Part shown: piece by piece, positions 8,479 through 19,500 of the stretch | Layout: each line of letters starts with the position of its first letter | Position numbering within the stretch: position 1 is the first letter of the stretch | IMG/VR virus record: IMGVR_UViG_3300030101_003495 | Location: 1-63,694 of that record | Reading direction: 5' to 3' (one strand) | Length of the DNA stretch: 63,694 nucleotides | Source of the DNA: a virus | Taxonomy: Duplodnaviria > Caudoviricetes | Position numbers and translations under genes: made by a program | Notes under the pieces: model-generated | Databases searched by the model: none | What the model was told of the DNA's origin: nothing | Seen by the model: only the letters and a program-made list of their open reading frames with translations

Positions 8479-10890
8479 ATGATTAATATAAACTATAACA
8501 GCAGCTTTCCAGATCAGGTAGTACCTGAAGCAGAGAAAAGATCTTTAGAATATGGATTAGCTGTTGCACAAGCAATAGAGCATGAGTGGTTTAGAAACAA
8601 TAGTGGGCAAAACAGGTTTCTTAACAATTATCAAAACTTTAATAGATTAAAACTATATGCAAGAGGTGAACAACCTGTGCAAAAATATAAAGATGAATTA
8701 GCTATAAACGGCGATTTATCTTATCTTAATTTAGACTGGAAACCAGTACCCATATTATCTAAATTTGTAGATATAGTTGTTAATGGCATGACAAACAAAG
8801 GCTATGAAATAAAGTCTTACGCTACAGATCCTTTTGCTATTAAAGAAAGAACTGATTTTGCTACTAATGCCTTGCAAGATATAGAGGCTCAAGAATTTAT
8901 ACAAGAACTATCTCAACAACTAGGAAAAGATTTTTCTGTATCTGGTATTGATTCAGGAGAATTACCAGCAAACAAAGATGAACTTGATCTTTATATGCAG
9001 TTAAATTATAAGCAAAGTATAGAAATTGCAGAAGAAGAAGTTATAAATAATATTTTAGATTTTAATAAATACGATGAAACTAAAAAAAGATTAGCATATG
9101 ATCTTACTGTTTTAGGTATAGGTTGTGTTAAAACTAATTTTAATTTAGCTGAAGGAGTTACGGTAGACTATGTAGACCCTGCAAATATTTGTTATTCTTA
9201 CACTACAGATCCTAACTTTGAAGATTTATATTATGTAGGTGAAGTAAAAAGTATGTCACTTGCGGAAGTTAAAAAACAATTTCCTAATTTAACAGATAAA
9301 GAATTAGAAGAAATACAAAAATTTCCTGGAAGAAACTCTTACACAAATAATTGGTGGGGACAATCTCAACAAGATCAAGTACAAATATTATATTTTGAAT
9401 ATAAAACGTATCATGATCAAGTATTTAAAATAAAACAAACAGATAACGGTTTAGAAAAAACATTAGAAAAAGATGATACTTTTAATCCGCCTGAAAGTGA
9501 TAATTTTAAAAGAGCTTCAAGATCTATAGAGGTTTTATATAGCGGTGCTAAAGTTTTAGGTCTGGGTAATAATATATTAAAATGGGAGTTATGTGAAAAT
9601 ATGACTAGACCAAATGCTGATACTAGTAAAGTTAACATGAATTATATTTTATCAGCACCTAGAATGTATCAAGGCCGTATTGAATCTTTAGTTAGTAAAA
9701 CTATAGGTTTTGCTGATATGATTCAATTAACTCATTTAAAATTACAACAAGTTTTAGCAAGAATGGTACCAGATGGCGTGTATGTAGATGTTGATGGATT
9801 AGCAGAAGTTGATCTAGGTAATGGTACTAATTATAACCCATCTGAGGCTCTTAATATGTACTTTCAAACAGGTAGTATTGTTGGTAGATCATTAACACAA
9901 GATGGTGAATTAAATAGAGGTAAAGTACCTATTCAAGAATTACAAACCTCAAATGGTATGTCTAAAATATCAGCTATGATACAGACATATCAATACTATT
10001 TACAAATGATACGTGATGTAACTGGTTTAAATGAAGCAAGAGATGGTAGTACACCTGATAAAAATGCTTTAGTTGGTTTACAAAAATTAGCTGCTGCCAA
10101 CTCTAATACAGCAACCAGACATGTATTACAGTCGTTAATGTATTTGACTGTTAGAACCTGTGAAAACATAAGCTTACGTGTATCTGATATGCTTAATTTT
10201 CCTTTAACTAAAGAATCTTTAATAGGTAGTATAAATACCTTTAATGTTAATACTTTAGAAGAAATAGATAAATTAGCATTGCATGATTTTGGTATATTTT
10301 TAGAATTAGAACCAGAAGAAGAAGAAAAAAGTTTATTAGAACAAAACATACAAATAGCATTACAAGCTAAAAATATTGGATTAGAGGACGCAATTGATAT
10401 ACGCGAAATAAAAAACATTAAGCTTGCTAATCAAATGCTTAAATTAAAACAAAAAGAAAAGGCAGAACAGGCAAGGATTAATCAGTTACAAAATATTCAA
10501 GCCCAAGCTCAAGCTAATGCTCAATCAGCTGAAAAAGCTGCTTTAGCTGATGTTCAAAAAGAACAAGCTATGGCTGAAACAAAAGTACAAATAGAACAGG
10601 CCAAGTCTGATTTTGAAATACAAAGAATGCAACAAGAAGCTGCTATTAAAAAACAATTAATGGCTGAAGAGTTTGAATATCAAATGAAGCTAGCTGAAAT
10701 GCAAGCTGAAGTACAAAAACAAAAAGAACAATCAATAGAAGATCGTAAAGATAAAAGAGTAAAAATACAAGGTACACAACAAAGTGAACTTATAAACCAA
10801 CGACAAAATGATTTATTACCTCAAAACTTTGAATCAGCAGGTAATGATAATTTAGATGGTTTTGGGCTAGAGCAATTTACCCCACAGTAA
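8479..10890 (+). CDS. Portal protein
   Basis: 803 aa after terL; P.L.KFVDIVVNG, R.VTGLNEARDG motifs; long Q/E coiled-coil C-terminus. Confidence 0.88.
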   Translation: MININYNSSFPDQVVPEAEKRSLEYGLAVAQAIEHEWFRNNSGQNRFLNNYQNFNRLKLYARGEQPVQKYKDELAINGDLSYLNLDWKPVPILSKFVDIVVNGMTNKGYEIKSYATDPFAIKERTDFATNALQDIEAQEFIQELSQQLGKDFSVSGIDSGELPANKDELDLYMQLNYKQSIEIAEEEVINNILDFNKYDETKKRLAYDLTVLGIGCVKTNFNLAEGVTVDYVDPANICYSYTTDPNFEDLYYVGEVKSMSLAEVKKQFPNLTDKELEEIQKFPGRNSYTNNWWGQSQQDQVQILYFEYKTYHDQVFKIKQTDNGLEKTLEKDDTFNPPESDNFKRASRSIEVLYSGAKVLGLGNNILKWELCENMTRPNADTSKVNMNYILSAPRMYQGRIESLVSKTIGFADMIQLTHLKLQQVLARMVPDGVYVDVDGLAEVDLGNGTNYNPSEALNMYFQTGSIVGRSLTQDGELNRGKVPIQELQTSNGMSKISAMIQTYQYYLQMIRDVTGLNEARDGSTPDKNALVGLQKLAAANSNTATRHVLQSLMYLTVRTCENISLRVSDMLNFPLTKESLIGSINTFNVNTLEEIDKLALHDFGIFLELEPEEEEKSLLEQNIQIALQAKNIGLEDAIDIREIKNIKLANQMLKLKQKEKAEQARINQLQNIQAQAQANAQSAEKAALADVQKEQAMAETKVQIEQAKSDFEIQRMQQEAAIKKQLMAEEFEYQMKLAEMQAEVQKQKEQSIEDRKDKRVKIQGTQQSELINQRQNDLLPQNFESAGNDNLDGFGLEQFTPQ

Positions 10891-10920
10891 AAATTATTAT
10901 TAATTTTATATTATTATATT

Positions 10921-12174
10921 ATGTCTAAACAAGAAGAAGTAAAAACAAAAGAAGAAGTAAAAATTACTGCTACTGATACTACTCCTACTAAAAAAGAAGG
11001 AGATTTTAAAATAAAAAGTGCAAAAAAAATAAAAAACTTAGGTGAAGAAAAAATACCTGATATTATTAAGGTAGATTTAAGTAAACCTAAAAAAGAAGAA
11101 AAAGATGCCGTTCAAACACAAAAGACAAATGATAGCGATGTTGTTGTCGAAGAGCAAGAAAACAGTGGCGACAGCGAAAAAGTGGTTGAAGAAGTACGGT
11201 CCACCGACGAAGGAGTAGAGTCTGACTCGCCTATACAACTAATAACAGATGAAAACGATACACCTGACGAGGCAGGAGTGGATGGAAGCGCTGAAACTAC
11301 CACTACCTCATCGAAACAAGAAGAAATACCACAGGAAGTTCAAACACAAAAACTCCCTGAAAATGTAGAAAAACTAGTAAAGTTTATGGAAGAAACTGGC
11401 GGAAATATACAAGACTACGCTAGATTAAACGCTGACTATACTAATGTAGATGAAACTACACTTTTACATGAATATTACAAACAATCTAAACCTCATTTAA
11501 ATGCGGAAGAAAGAAGCTTTATAATAGAAGATTCTTTTTCATTTGATGAGGAATTAGATGAAGCAAGAGCTATTCGTAAGAAAAAGCTTGCATATAAAGA
11601 AGAAGTTGCAAAAGCCAAGAACTATTTGGAAAAAATCAAGAGTAAATATTACGACGAGATCAAGTTGAGACCGGGCGTTACTCAAGAACAACAAAAAGCC
11701 ACTGACTTTTTCAACCGCTACAATGAAGAACAAAAAGCAAATAATGTTAAACACGACCGTTTTGTTACCAAAACTAAAGAATTATTAAACGATAATTTCA
11801 AAGGTTTTGATTTTAATTTAGGAGATAAAAAATTTAGATACGGTATTAAAGATCCTGGTAGTGTTGCAAATAACCAAAGTGATATTTCAAATTTTATAGG
11901 AAAGTTTCTTAATAAAGAAGGAGAAATAACTAATACTAAAGGTTATCATAAAGCATTATATGCTGCACAAAATGTAGATACTATTGCTAATCATTTTTAT
12001 GAGCAAGGTAAAACTGATGCTATTAAAGATCAATTAGCAAAATCCAAAAATATAAGTACTGATAGCCCAAGGCAAACAGCTACGGGTGATGTATTTGTTA
12101 ATGGTTTTAAAGTAAAAGCAATTAGTGGTGTTGATTCTTCAAGATTAAAAATAAAAAAGAAAACATTTAACTAA
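10921..12174 (+). CDS. Putative capsid scaffolding protein
   Basis: Acidic disordered N-terminus; located between portal and major capsid genes. Confidence 0.7.
   Translation: MSKQEEVKTKEEVKITATDTTPTKKEGDFKIKSAKKIKNLGEEKIPDIIKVDLSKPKKEEKDAVQTQKTNDSDVVVEEQENSGDSEKVVEEVRSTDEGVESDSPIQLITDENDTPDEAGVDGSAETTTTSSKQEEIPQEVQTQKLPENVEKLVKFMEETGGNIQDYARLNADYTNVDETTLLHEYYKQSKPHLNAEERSFIIEDSFSFDEELDEARAIRKKKLAYKEEVAKAKNYLEKIKSKYYDEIKLRPGVTQEQQKATDFFNRYNEEQKANNVKHDRFVTKTKELLNDNFKGFDFNLGDKKFRYGIKDPGSVANNQSDISNFIGKFLNKEGEITNTKGYHKALYAAQNVDTIANHFYEQGKTDAIKDQLAKSKNISTDSPRQTATGDVFVNGFKVKAISGVDSSRLKIKKKTFN
11105..11218 (+). CDS. Overprinted 37-aa basic protein (MPFKHKRQ...AKKWLKKYG), +1 frame in scaffold gene
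   Basis: ATG at 11105 has A at -3, -6, -12 and -13; the host frame locally uses rare codons (CGG TCC ACC GAC). Confidence 0.55.
   Translation: MPFKHKRQMIAMLLSKSKKTVATAKKWLKKYGPPTKE
11249..11368 (+). CDS. Overprinted 39-aa basic protein with ArfA-like tail (HRNKKKYHRKFKHK), +1 frame in scaffold gene
   Basis: ATG at 11249 after TAA TAA; local GC/codon shift; NKKxYxRKxKH motif. Confidence 0.5.
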   Translation: MKTIHLTRQEWMEALKLPLPHRNKKKYHRKFKHKNSLKM

Positions 12175-12186
12175 AAATAATAAATT

Positions 12187-13644
12187 ATGTCTTTAATACC
12201 ACAATTTGGTGCGATAGTACCTGCTCCTAATCAGCAGTTACTAGCATCAGCATATTTGGCATTTGATGGTGGAGCAAATGATTTTGCTCAACAATATTTG
12301 CCAGAGTTATACGAACAAGAAGTAGAGCGTTATGGAAACAGAACGTTATCTGGATTCTTGAGAATGGTAGGCGCTGAAATGCCTATGACATCAGACCAAG
12401 TAATTTGGTCAGAACAAAACAGATTACACATAGCATATGACAACTGTGTTAACGGCCAACAGGGCGCTAACCCAACCATTACTATTCCTGCTGCTACTGC
12501 TCCAGGCGTTACACGAAACGTAATTAGCCCCGGTCAAACAATAGTAGTAATGGATAATTCTGGTAACGAAGCAAAATGTTATGTATCTGCAAGTAACACT
12601 GCAACAGGTGTTTTAACAGTAGAACCATATTTAACAGCTGGTCTTGGTGCCGCTGTAATGGGTGCAACTGTAAAAATATTTGTATACGGTTCAGAATTTC
12701 AAAAAGGTGCTTCTACAGTTAACGCTGGTGCTGGTGCTTTAGTTGATGCTCCTGCTGCTCAGCCACAGGTGACTATCACTCCTTCTTTTACTCAGTTTTC
12801 TAACTCACCTATCATTATAAGAAATGTTTATACAATAAACGGATCTGATATGGCTCAAATAGGTTGGGTTGAAGTTGCTACAGAAGATGGAACAACTGGT
12901 TACTTATGGTACTTAAAAGCGGAGTCTGAAACAAGATTACGTTTTGAAGACTACTTAGAAATGATATGTGTTGAAGGTGAGTTAACAGCTGCTGGTTCAG
13001 GTGTTGCTGGTCTTGGTACAGGTCTAGGTGGTACTCAAGGTTTATTCGCTGCTATCACAGCTAGAGGTAACGTAGAGATTGGTTTCTCTGGTGCTTCTGG
13101 TATAGATGACTTTGATGAAATTCTTAAAAACTTAGATACTCAAGGAGCTATAGAAGAAAACATGCTTTTCTTAAATAGATCTACTTCTCTAGAGTTTGAT
13201 AACATGCTTTCAAATGTTTCTTACGGAGCACAAGGAGGTACAGCTTATGGCTTGTTTGAAAATTCTGAAGAAATGGCATTAAATCTTGGATTTAGTGGTT
13301 TCCGAAGAGGATCTTACGATTTTTATAAGACTGACTGGAAATACTTAAATGACGCTTCTACTAGAGGTGCTCAAACAGGTATCTCTTCAATTGAAGGTGT
13401 TTTAGTTCCTGCTGGAACTTCAACAGTTTATGACCAAATTCTAGGAACAAACATCAGACGACCATTCTTACACGTTAGATATAGAGCTTCTCAAACAGAA
13501 GACAGACGTATGAAGTCTTGGTTAACTGGTTCTGCAGGTGGTGCTTATACTTCAAATCTTGATGCTATGGAAGTAAACTTCCTATCTGAAAGATGTTTAG
13601 TTACACAAGCTGCTAACAACTTTGTTTTATTCCAAGGAATTTAA
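12187..13644 (+). CDS. Major capsid protein
   Basis: 485 aa after the scaffold; highly expressed codon bias (AAC, TTC, GGT); followed by a terminator. Confidence 0.88.
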   Translation: MSLIPQFGAIVPAPNQQLLASAYLAFDGGANDFAQQYLPELYEQEVERYGNRTLSGFLRMVGAEMPMTSDQVIWSEQNRLHIAYDNCVNGQQGANPTITIPAATAPGVTRNVISPGQTIVVMDNSGNEAKCYVSASNTATGVLTVEPYLTAGLGAAVMGATVKIFVYGSEFQKGASTVNAGAGALVDAPAAQPQVTITPSFTQFSNSPIIIRNVYTINGSDMAQIGWVEVATEDGTTGYLWYLKAESETRLRFEDYLEMICVEGELTAAGSGVAGLGTGLGGTQGLFAAITARGNVEIGFSGASGIDDFDEILKNLDTQGAIEENMLFLNRSTSLEFDNMLSNVSYGAQGGTAYGLFENSEEMALNLGFSGFRRGSYDFYKTDWKYLNDASTRGAQTGISSIEGVLVPAGTSTVYDQILGTNIRRPFLHVRYRASQTEDRRMKSWLTGSAGGAYTSNLDAMEVNFLSERCLVTQAANNFVLFQGI

Positions 13645-13654
13645 TAAGTACTTT

Positions 13655-13690
13655 GTAAAGTTATGGGGCATTAATTTGCCCCAGCTTTAC
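13655..13690 (+). terminator. Hairpin terminator after the capsid gene
   Basis: GTAAAG.TGGGGCA-TTAATT-TGCCCCA.CTTTAC. Confidence 0.75.
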
Positions 13691-13719
13691 TATTATTAAC
13701 TATTTAATTATATCATATT

Positions 13720-14484
13720 ATGAAAAATAAAAAAACAACTCAAGATACGTCTTGGGAAATAAAAGATAGAACATATCTTGTAAAAGGTACAAATCAACCA
13801 TTAACCTTAAAAATACCTTCTCGTCATACAACACGTCATGCTTTATTATGGTACGACAATGAAAAAAATGAACAAAGAGAAATAAGATATGCTACAAATC
13901 AAAATTCACCGTTTAAAGATGAACAAAAAGGTGAAGCAACTTTAGGACATATTGTGTTTAAGGATGGTGCTTTAACTGTAAGAAAAAAAGAACAGGCTTT
14001 ACAAAAAATACTATCACTTTATCATCCTTTACTAAATATAAAATATAAAGAATTAGACACAGTAGAAGATGCTAAAGATGAATTAGTAGACTTAGAAATG
14101 GAAATAGATGCTTTAAATATTGCTAGAAACATAGATATTGATCAAGCTGAAGCTATTTTAAGAGTTGAAATGGGATCTAAGGTATCTGAGATGAGTTCTA
14201 AAGAAATAAAAAGAGATTTACTTATATTTGCTAAAGATGATCCTAAATTATTCTTAGATCTTGCAAAAGATGATAATGTACAGTTAAGAAATTTTGCTAT
14301 AAAAGCATCTGAAGCTGGCATTATACATTTAGCAGATGATCAAAGAACATTTAAATGGTCTTCAAACAACAAAAAACTAATGACTGTACCTTTTGATGAA
14401 CATCCTTACGCTGCTATGGCTGCGTTCTTTAAAACAGATGAAGGTTTAGAAATATATAAATCTATAGAGAAAAAACTCTCTTAA
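13720..14484 (+). CDS. Conserved morphogenesis-region protein
   Basis: ORF track; position after the capsid gene. Confidence 0.7.
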   Translation: MKNKKTTQDTSWEIKDRTYLVKGTNQPLTLKIPSRHTTRHALLWYDNEKNEQREIRYATNQNSPFKDEQKGEATLGHIVFKDGALTVRKKEQALQKILSLYHPLLNIKYKELDTVEDAKDELVDLEMEIDALNIARNIDIDQAEAILRVEMGSKVSEMSSKEIKRDLLIFAKDDPKLFLDLAKDDNVQLRNFAIKASEAGIIHLADDQRTFKWSSNNKKLMTVPFDEHPYAAMAAFFKTDEGLEIYKSIEKKLS

Positions 14485-14494
14485 CATGTAATAC

Positions 14495-14526
14495 TAATAA
14501 GGGAGGTGTAAAAGCCTCCTTTATTA
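14495..14526 (+). terminator. Hairpin terminator
   Basis: TAATAAGGGAGGT-GTAAAA-GCCTCCTTTATTA. Confidence 0.7.
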
Positions 14527-14541
14527 TAATAAAAATAACAA

Positions 14542-15315
14542 ATGGCTATAAATGTAAACACTGTTTATCAAACCGTTTTACTTATATTAAACAAAGAGCA
14601 AAGAGGTTATATGACACCTACAGAGTTTAACAATATAGGTACTCAGGTTCAATTAGAAATATTTGAAAAATATTTTGAGGATATAAACCAACAAATACGT
14701 ATACCTCAAACAGATACTGATTATGCTGATAGAGTAGAAAATATTGATGAAAAAATAGCTATTTTTAAAACTTACGGTGATGCTAATTATGTCACTGGCC
14801 CTCCTGCTTATTGGACCTTACCAACAACTGATATTTATGGTAATGATGTAGCTGATAACTCTGATACTCCTTTTTATAGATTAGGAACAGTTACTTATAA
14901 AAACGAAGTATTAGTTCAAAGATTAGATAGAAACAGTTTTTATACTATAAATAAATCTTTACTTACAAAACCAACAAAAACTTTTCCTGCATATTTATAT
15001 GAGAATAATTATTTATATGTTTTACCTACTGATATAACTACAGCTGGAGATATACAAGTTGAATTTATTAGAAAACCTATATCACCTATTTGGGGTTTTA
15101 GTGTAGGTTCTTTAGGGCAATATATATACAACAATACACCATTTAATATTACAACTGCTCCAACTGGTTCAAGAAACTTTGAAATACATGTATCAGAACA
15201 AACTTATTTAATAATAAAAATATTACTTTATGCTGGTATTGTAATAAGAGACCCACAAATTGTTCAAGCTGCAGCCCAACAAGTTCAAGCTGAAGAAATA
15301 AATGAAAAAAGTTAA
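14542..15315 (+). CDS. Head-tail adaptor/ring protein
   Basis: NKEQRGYMTP.EFN...Q N-terminus; position. Confidence 0.7.
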   Translation: MAINVNTVYQTVLLILNKEQRGYMTPTEFNNIGTQVQLEIFEKYFEDINQQIRIPQTDTDYADRVENIDEKIAIFKTYGDANYVTGPPAYWTLPTTDIYGNDVADNSDTPFYRLGTVTYKNEVLVQRLDRNSFYTINKSLLTKPTKTFPAYLYENNYLYVLPTDITTAGDIQVEFIRKPISPIWGFSVGSLGQYIYNNTPFNITTAPTGSRNFEIHVSEQTYLIIKILLYAGIVIRDPQIVQAAAQQVQAEEINEKS

Positions 15316-15321
15316 TAAATT

Positions 15322-16545
15322 ATGGCAACACCCAACGGAGGATTAATAACAGAAACAAATTCGCAGTATTATGCAGGTGCACAAGTAATTATTGCTACAA
15401 ATAATCAAACAGTTTTTACAGCTACATTTAATACTGAAATTATATTTGGCGCTAGCGATCCAGCAAATTCTTTATATAATAACAATAATTTTAGATTATA
15501 TACTAGCGCAACTGGGGCTCCAGGTACTTTTACAGAATACACAACCGCATATACTGTTGTTGATAATGTGTTTACTCTACCTGCACAAGCCACTGGTACA
15601 TATGTAGTTATACAGTTGTTAACTAAAAATGGCGGCGAATATGGTACAGAAAACGCTTTAGGGTCTGTTGTAGAAGACAATTATGGAGAATATCAATATA
15701 TAAAAGTAAATGAAATAGTTAATAACTTTTTAGTTGCATATGTAGGTGCTGGCAAGTTAATATCAAGTGTAAAAAGAACTGATATAATATTTCATACTAA
15801 AAGAGCATTACAAGAATTTAGCTACGATACACTAAGAAGTATACACTCACAAGAGCTTACTATACCTCACAACTTAAGTGTACCTCTTCCGCAAGATTAT
15901 GTTAATTATGTAGGTGTTTATTGGATAGATGACAATGGTATAAAACACAACATATACCCAACTACACTAACAACTAACCCATACACTAAGCCTATACAAG
16001 ATGCAGAAGGAGTACCAACACAAACAAACGAAGGCCAAAATATAACTGGAACATCAATAACAGAAGAAAGATATGACGCTATTGATAGTGCTTTATTACA
16101 AGAAATTAGAGATGATATTACAGGTAGATTAATATCTGATGGTTTATGGGGTATATATGGTAATGGATTATTAGGTTATGGCCAACTATATGGTTTACAA
16201 CCAGAAATAGCCCAAATAAATGGTTGGTTTACTATAAACAATAGAGAAGGTAAAATGTCTTTTTCTAGTGATTTAAAAGATAAGTTAATAATACTAGAAT
16301 ATATATCTGATGGCTTATCTTATGATCAAGAAATGAGAGTACCTAAACTAGCTGAAGAAGCTGTATATGCTTATGTCATGCATGCTGTTATTGCTAGTAA
16401 AATAAATCAACCTGAATATATTGTACAAAGATTACGTAGAGAAAAAAGTGCTAAATTAAGAAATGCAAAAATAAGATTATCTAACATTAAATCTAATGAG
16501 TTTGTTCAAATAATGAGGGGCAAATCTAAGTGGCTTAAAAACTAA
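15322..16545 (+). CDS. Tail ring/tubular protein
   Basis: LPQDYVNY, LEYISDG motifs; position. Confidence 0.7.
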   Translation: MATPNGGLITETNSQYYAGAQVIIATNNQTVFTATFNTEIIFGASDPANSLYNNNNFRLYTSATGAPGTFTEYTTAYTVVDNVFTLPAQATGTYVVIQLLTKNGGEYGTENALGSVVEDNYGEYQYIKVNEIVNNFLVAYVGAGKLISSVKRTDIIFHTKRALQEFSYDTLRSIHSQELTIPHNLSVPLPQDYVNYVGVYWIDDNGIKHNIYPTTLTTNPYTKPIQDAEGVPTQTNEGQNITGTSITEERYDAIDSALLQEIRDDITGRLISDGLWGIYGNGLLGYGQLYGLQPEIAQINGWFTINNREGKMSFSSDLKDKLIILEYISDGLSYDQEMRVPKLAEEAVYAYVMHAVIASKINQPEYIVQRLRREKSAKLRNAKIRLSNIKSNEFVQIMRGKSKWLKN

Positions 16546-16550
16546 ATTAA

Positions 16551-19500
16551 ATGGCAGAAGTTAAAAATTCTTTTATTAAGTCCAAAATGAATAAAGACCT
16601 GGATGCCAGGTTGTTACCAAATGGTGAATATCGTGAAGGAAATAATATACAAGTAAGTAAGTCTGAAGGTGCCGACGTTGGAGCGTTAGAAAATGTTTTA
16701 GGTAATCTAGAACTAGTAGATTTTAAAGTACAATCTGGTTGTAATTGTAATCTTACAGCTATTGGTATGTTTACTGACAACCTAAGCGACTACGTGTATG
16801 TGTTTTTAACTGATTATGATGAAAAACAAAATGCAGATTATATACCTCAAGCTTTAAATTACTCACCTACAGCTAATAATTATGTTTATAGGTACGATGT
16901 TGCAAACCCGAATGCAACAGCTGAAATGTTATTATCAGGTGCTTATTTAAATTTTTCTATAAATAATCCAATATATGCTGTAAATTTATTAGAAAACATA
17001 TTATTTTGGACTGATAATAGAAACCAACCTAGAAAAATAGACATTTTAAAAGCTGCTGGAGGAACAGCACAAGCAACTAATGGGTTTTATACTACAGAAG
17101 ATCAAATTAGTGTAGCTACTTATGCTCCATACCAACCTATTGAACTATATTATAAAAGAACATCAGAATATAACACTAATGGTGGTCAAGGTACTACTGA
17201 AAGTGTATCAGCTGGAACTACACCTACTTGGACTGTAAGTTTAGATGCAGCAACTTTAGTCGGTATATCACCTACAGATTTAGTAGGTGCTACTGTATCA
17301 TGGGCTGGACAAGCGGTAGGTACTTTTGTTATTGCTTCGTATGGAGGTAATGTACTTACAATTACAGGAACACCTGATCCAAGTCTAACAGCTGGTGTTG
17401 TTTTAACTTTTAATGCAAATACTTTAGTTGGTAATAATCAATATGTCACTAGCATGTTAGATGTTAGTAGCCAAACTAATCCTGATGGAAGTGCAAATGC
17501 TAATTATGATGCAAATTATAATGGAGATCCTGATTTTTTAGAAGATAAATTTGTACGGTTTAGCTATAGGTTTAAATATATAGACAATACTTACTCTATA
17601 ATGGCGCCTTTTACACAGGCTGCTTTTATTCCTAGACAAGATGGTTATTTTTTAGGTACATCAAATCCGTTTTTAGACAATAATAGTAAAGACGAACAAA
17701 ACGCTTACCGAAGTACGGTTGTAGATTTTATGGAAAATAAAGTAAATAATATTTTATTACAAATTCCTACGCCTACTTTAGATTCTAATGGTATACCGTC
17801 TAGTAATGGTATAGTTGGAACTGATTTATATAATAAGTTAAATATTCAAGAAATAGAAATATTATATAAAGAGTCTGATGGTGTTGCTGTTAAAGTTGTC
17901 GATTCAATACCAAGAAGTACAGTTGGTGAAAGCACAGGATATGAACAATTAAGTATAGTTAATGGTGTTTCTACTGATATTATATCTTATAATTATCAAG
18001 GAACAAAACCTTTTAAAACTTTACCAGAAGCGGAAATAGTTAGAGTTTTTGATAAAGTACCTGTAAAAGCATTAGGTCAAGAAATTATAGGAAATAGAGT
18101 TGTATATAGTAATTTTCAAAATAAACATACTCCGCCGCCGTCTCTTGATTATAACGTAGGTATTTCAAATAAAAATACTAATTTTGCTGTTAATGATTCA
18201 TCAAATCCTACTTTATTAAAACCTTTAGAAAAAACAGTGTCTAGAGAATATCCTATGCACACTGTAAAACAAAATAGAAACTATCAAGTTGGTGTAGTTT
18301 TATCTGATAAATATGGTAGATCATCAACTGTTTTATTATCTACAGCCACAACTCAAGCTACTGACACAATAAATCTTGTAGATGTAAAATTAGTAGGAGA
18401 TACTGTTTATTTTCCTTATAATGTAGTAGATTTAGGTGTTAATAATGATATAAACTCATGGCCTGGAGATTCTATAAAAGTATTATTTAGAAACCCTATA
18501 AATTCAACGGCTGATTCAGGTAGTTTTACACCAGGTATTTATAACGGAGACTCTACAAGCTCTGATTATAATCCACTTGGCTGGTATTCATATAAAATTG
18601 TAGTTAAACAACAAGAACAAGAATATTATAATGTTTATCTACCTGGTATATTAAATCCTTATCCTAAAGACATAAGTGTAACTGAAGACCCTACAAATAC
18701 TATTAATACAATTGTTTTATTAAACGATAATATTAACAAAGTACCAAGAGACTTAACAGAGGTAGGACCAGAACAACAACAGTTTAGAAGTGCTGTAGAA
18801 CTATATGGTAGAGTAACTCCTCAGGCCGCTGCTTTACCTCTATATAACCAACAATATAATCCTTCAACAGCGAGTAATGTTATTCCTACCATTAGTACTG
18901 TTGCTTCTATTGGTAAACAAAATGATTTATTTGATAACACTACCAATGTAGTATTTAGTGAAATATATCAATCAATATCAAACCCTGAAATAGCTAGATT
19001 ATCACAAGACGAAGCATTACCAATAGGTTCTTTACCTGTAGGCACACAAGGAGCAGCATATAATCTTTTATTAGGTGTATATGAAACAAAACCATTTGAA
19101 TCGTTACTAGATATTTATTATGAAACCTCAAGCTCAGGTACAGTAGCTCAGTTAAATGAAGCTATTGATTCAAGTAGTGTTGGTGCTGCTGGTTTTACTA
19201 CTTCTACAGATGGTGGAAGCGCGCCTGATACTTGGACTTTTAATCTATATGAAAATATAACATCTTCTCAATCACCAAATCAAACATTTAATGGTTCTTA
19301 TACTACTTTAACTAACTTAACACCTGGGGTAACAGATGTTCCAGATAAACCTTTTTGGCCTTATACTCAAGATGCTGGTGGAAGTAAAACTATTATAAAT
19401 CAAAGTTTAGTTGATGGTGCTATTACTTTTAGTGAATATGCTAGTTTTACAGGTACACAACAAGGGTTTAGTGTAACAAGAGCAGACGGGGTTGATGTTT

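Noticed and set aside
11558-11668. Third +1 ORF in scaffold (MKQELFVRKS...)
   Set aside because: Lys-rich as expected from a Glu-rich main frame and has no recognisable motif; insufficient support.
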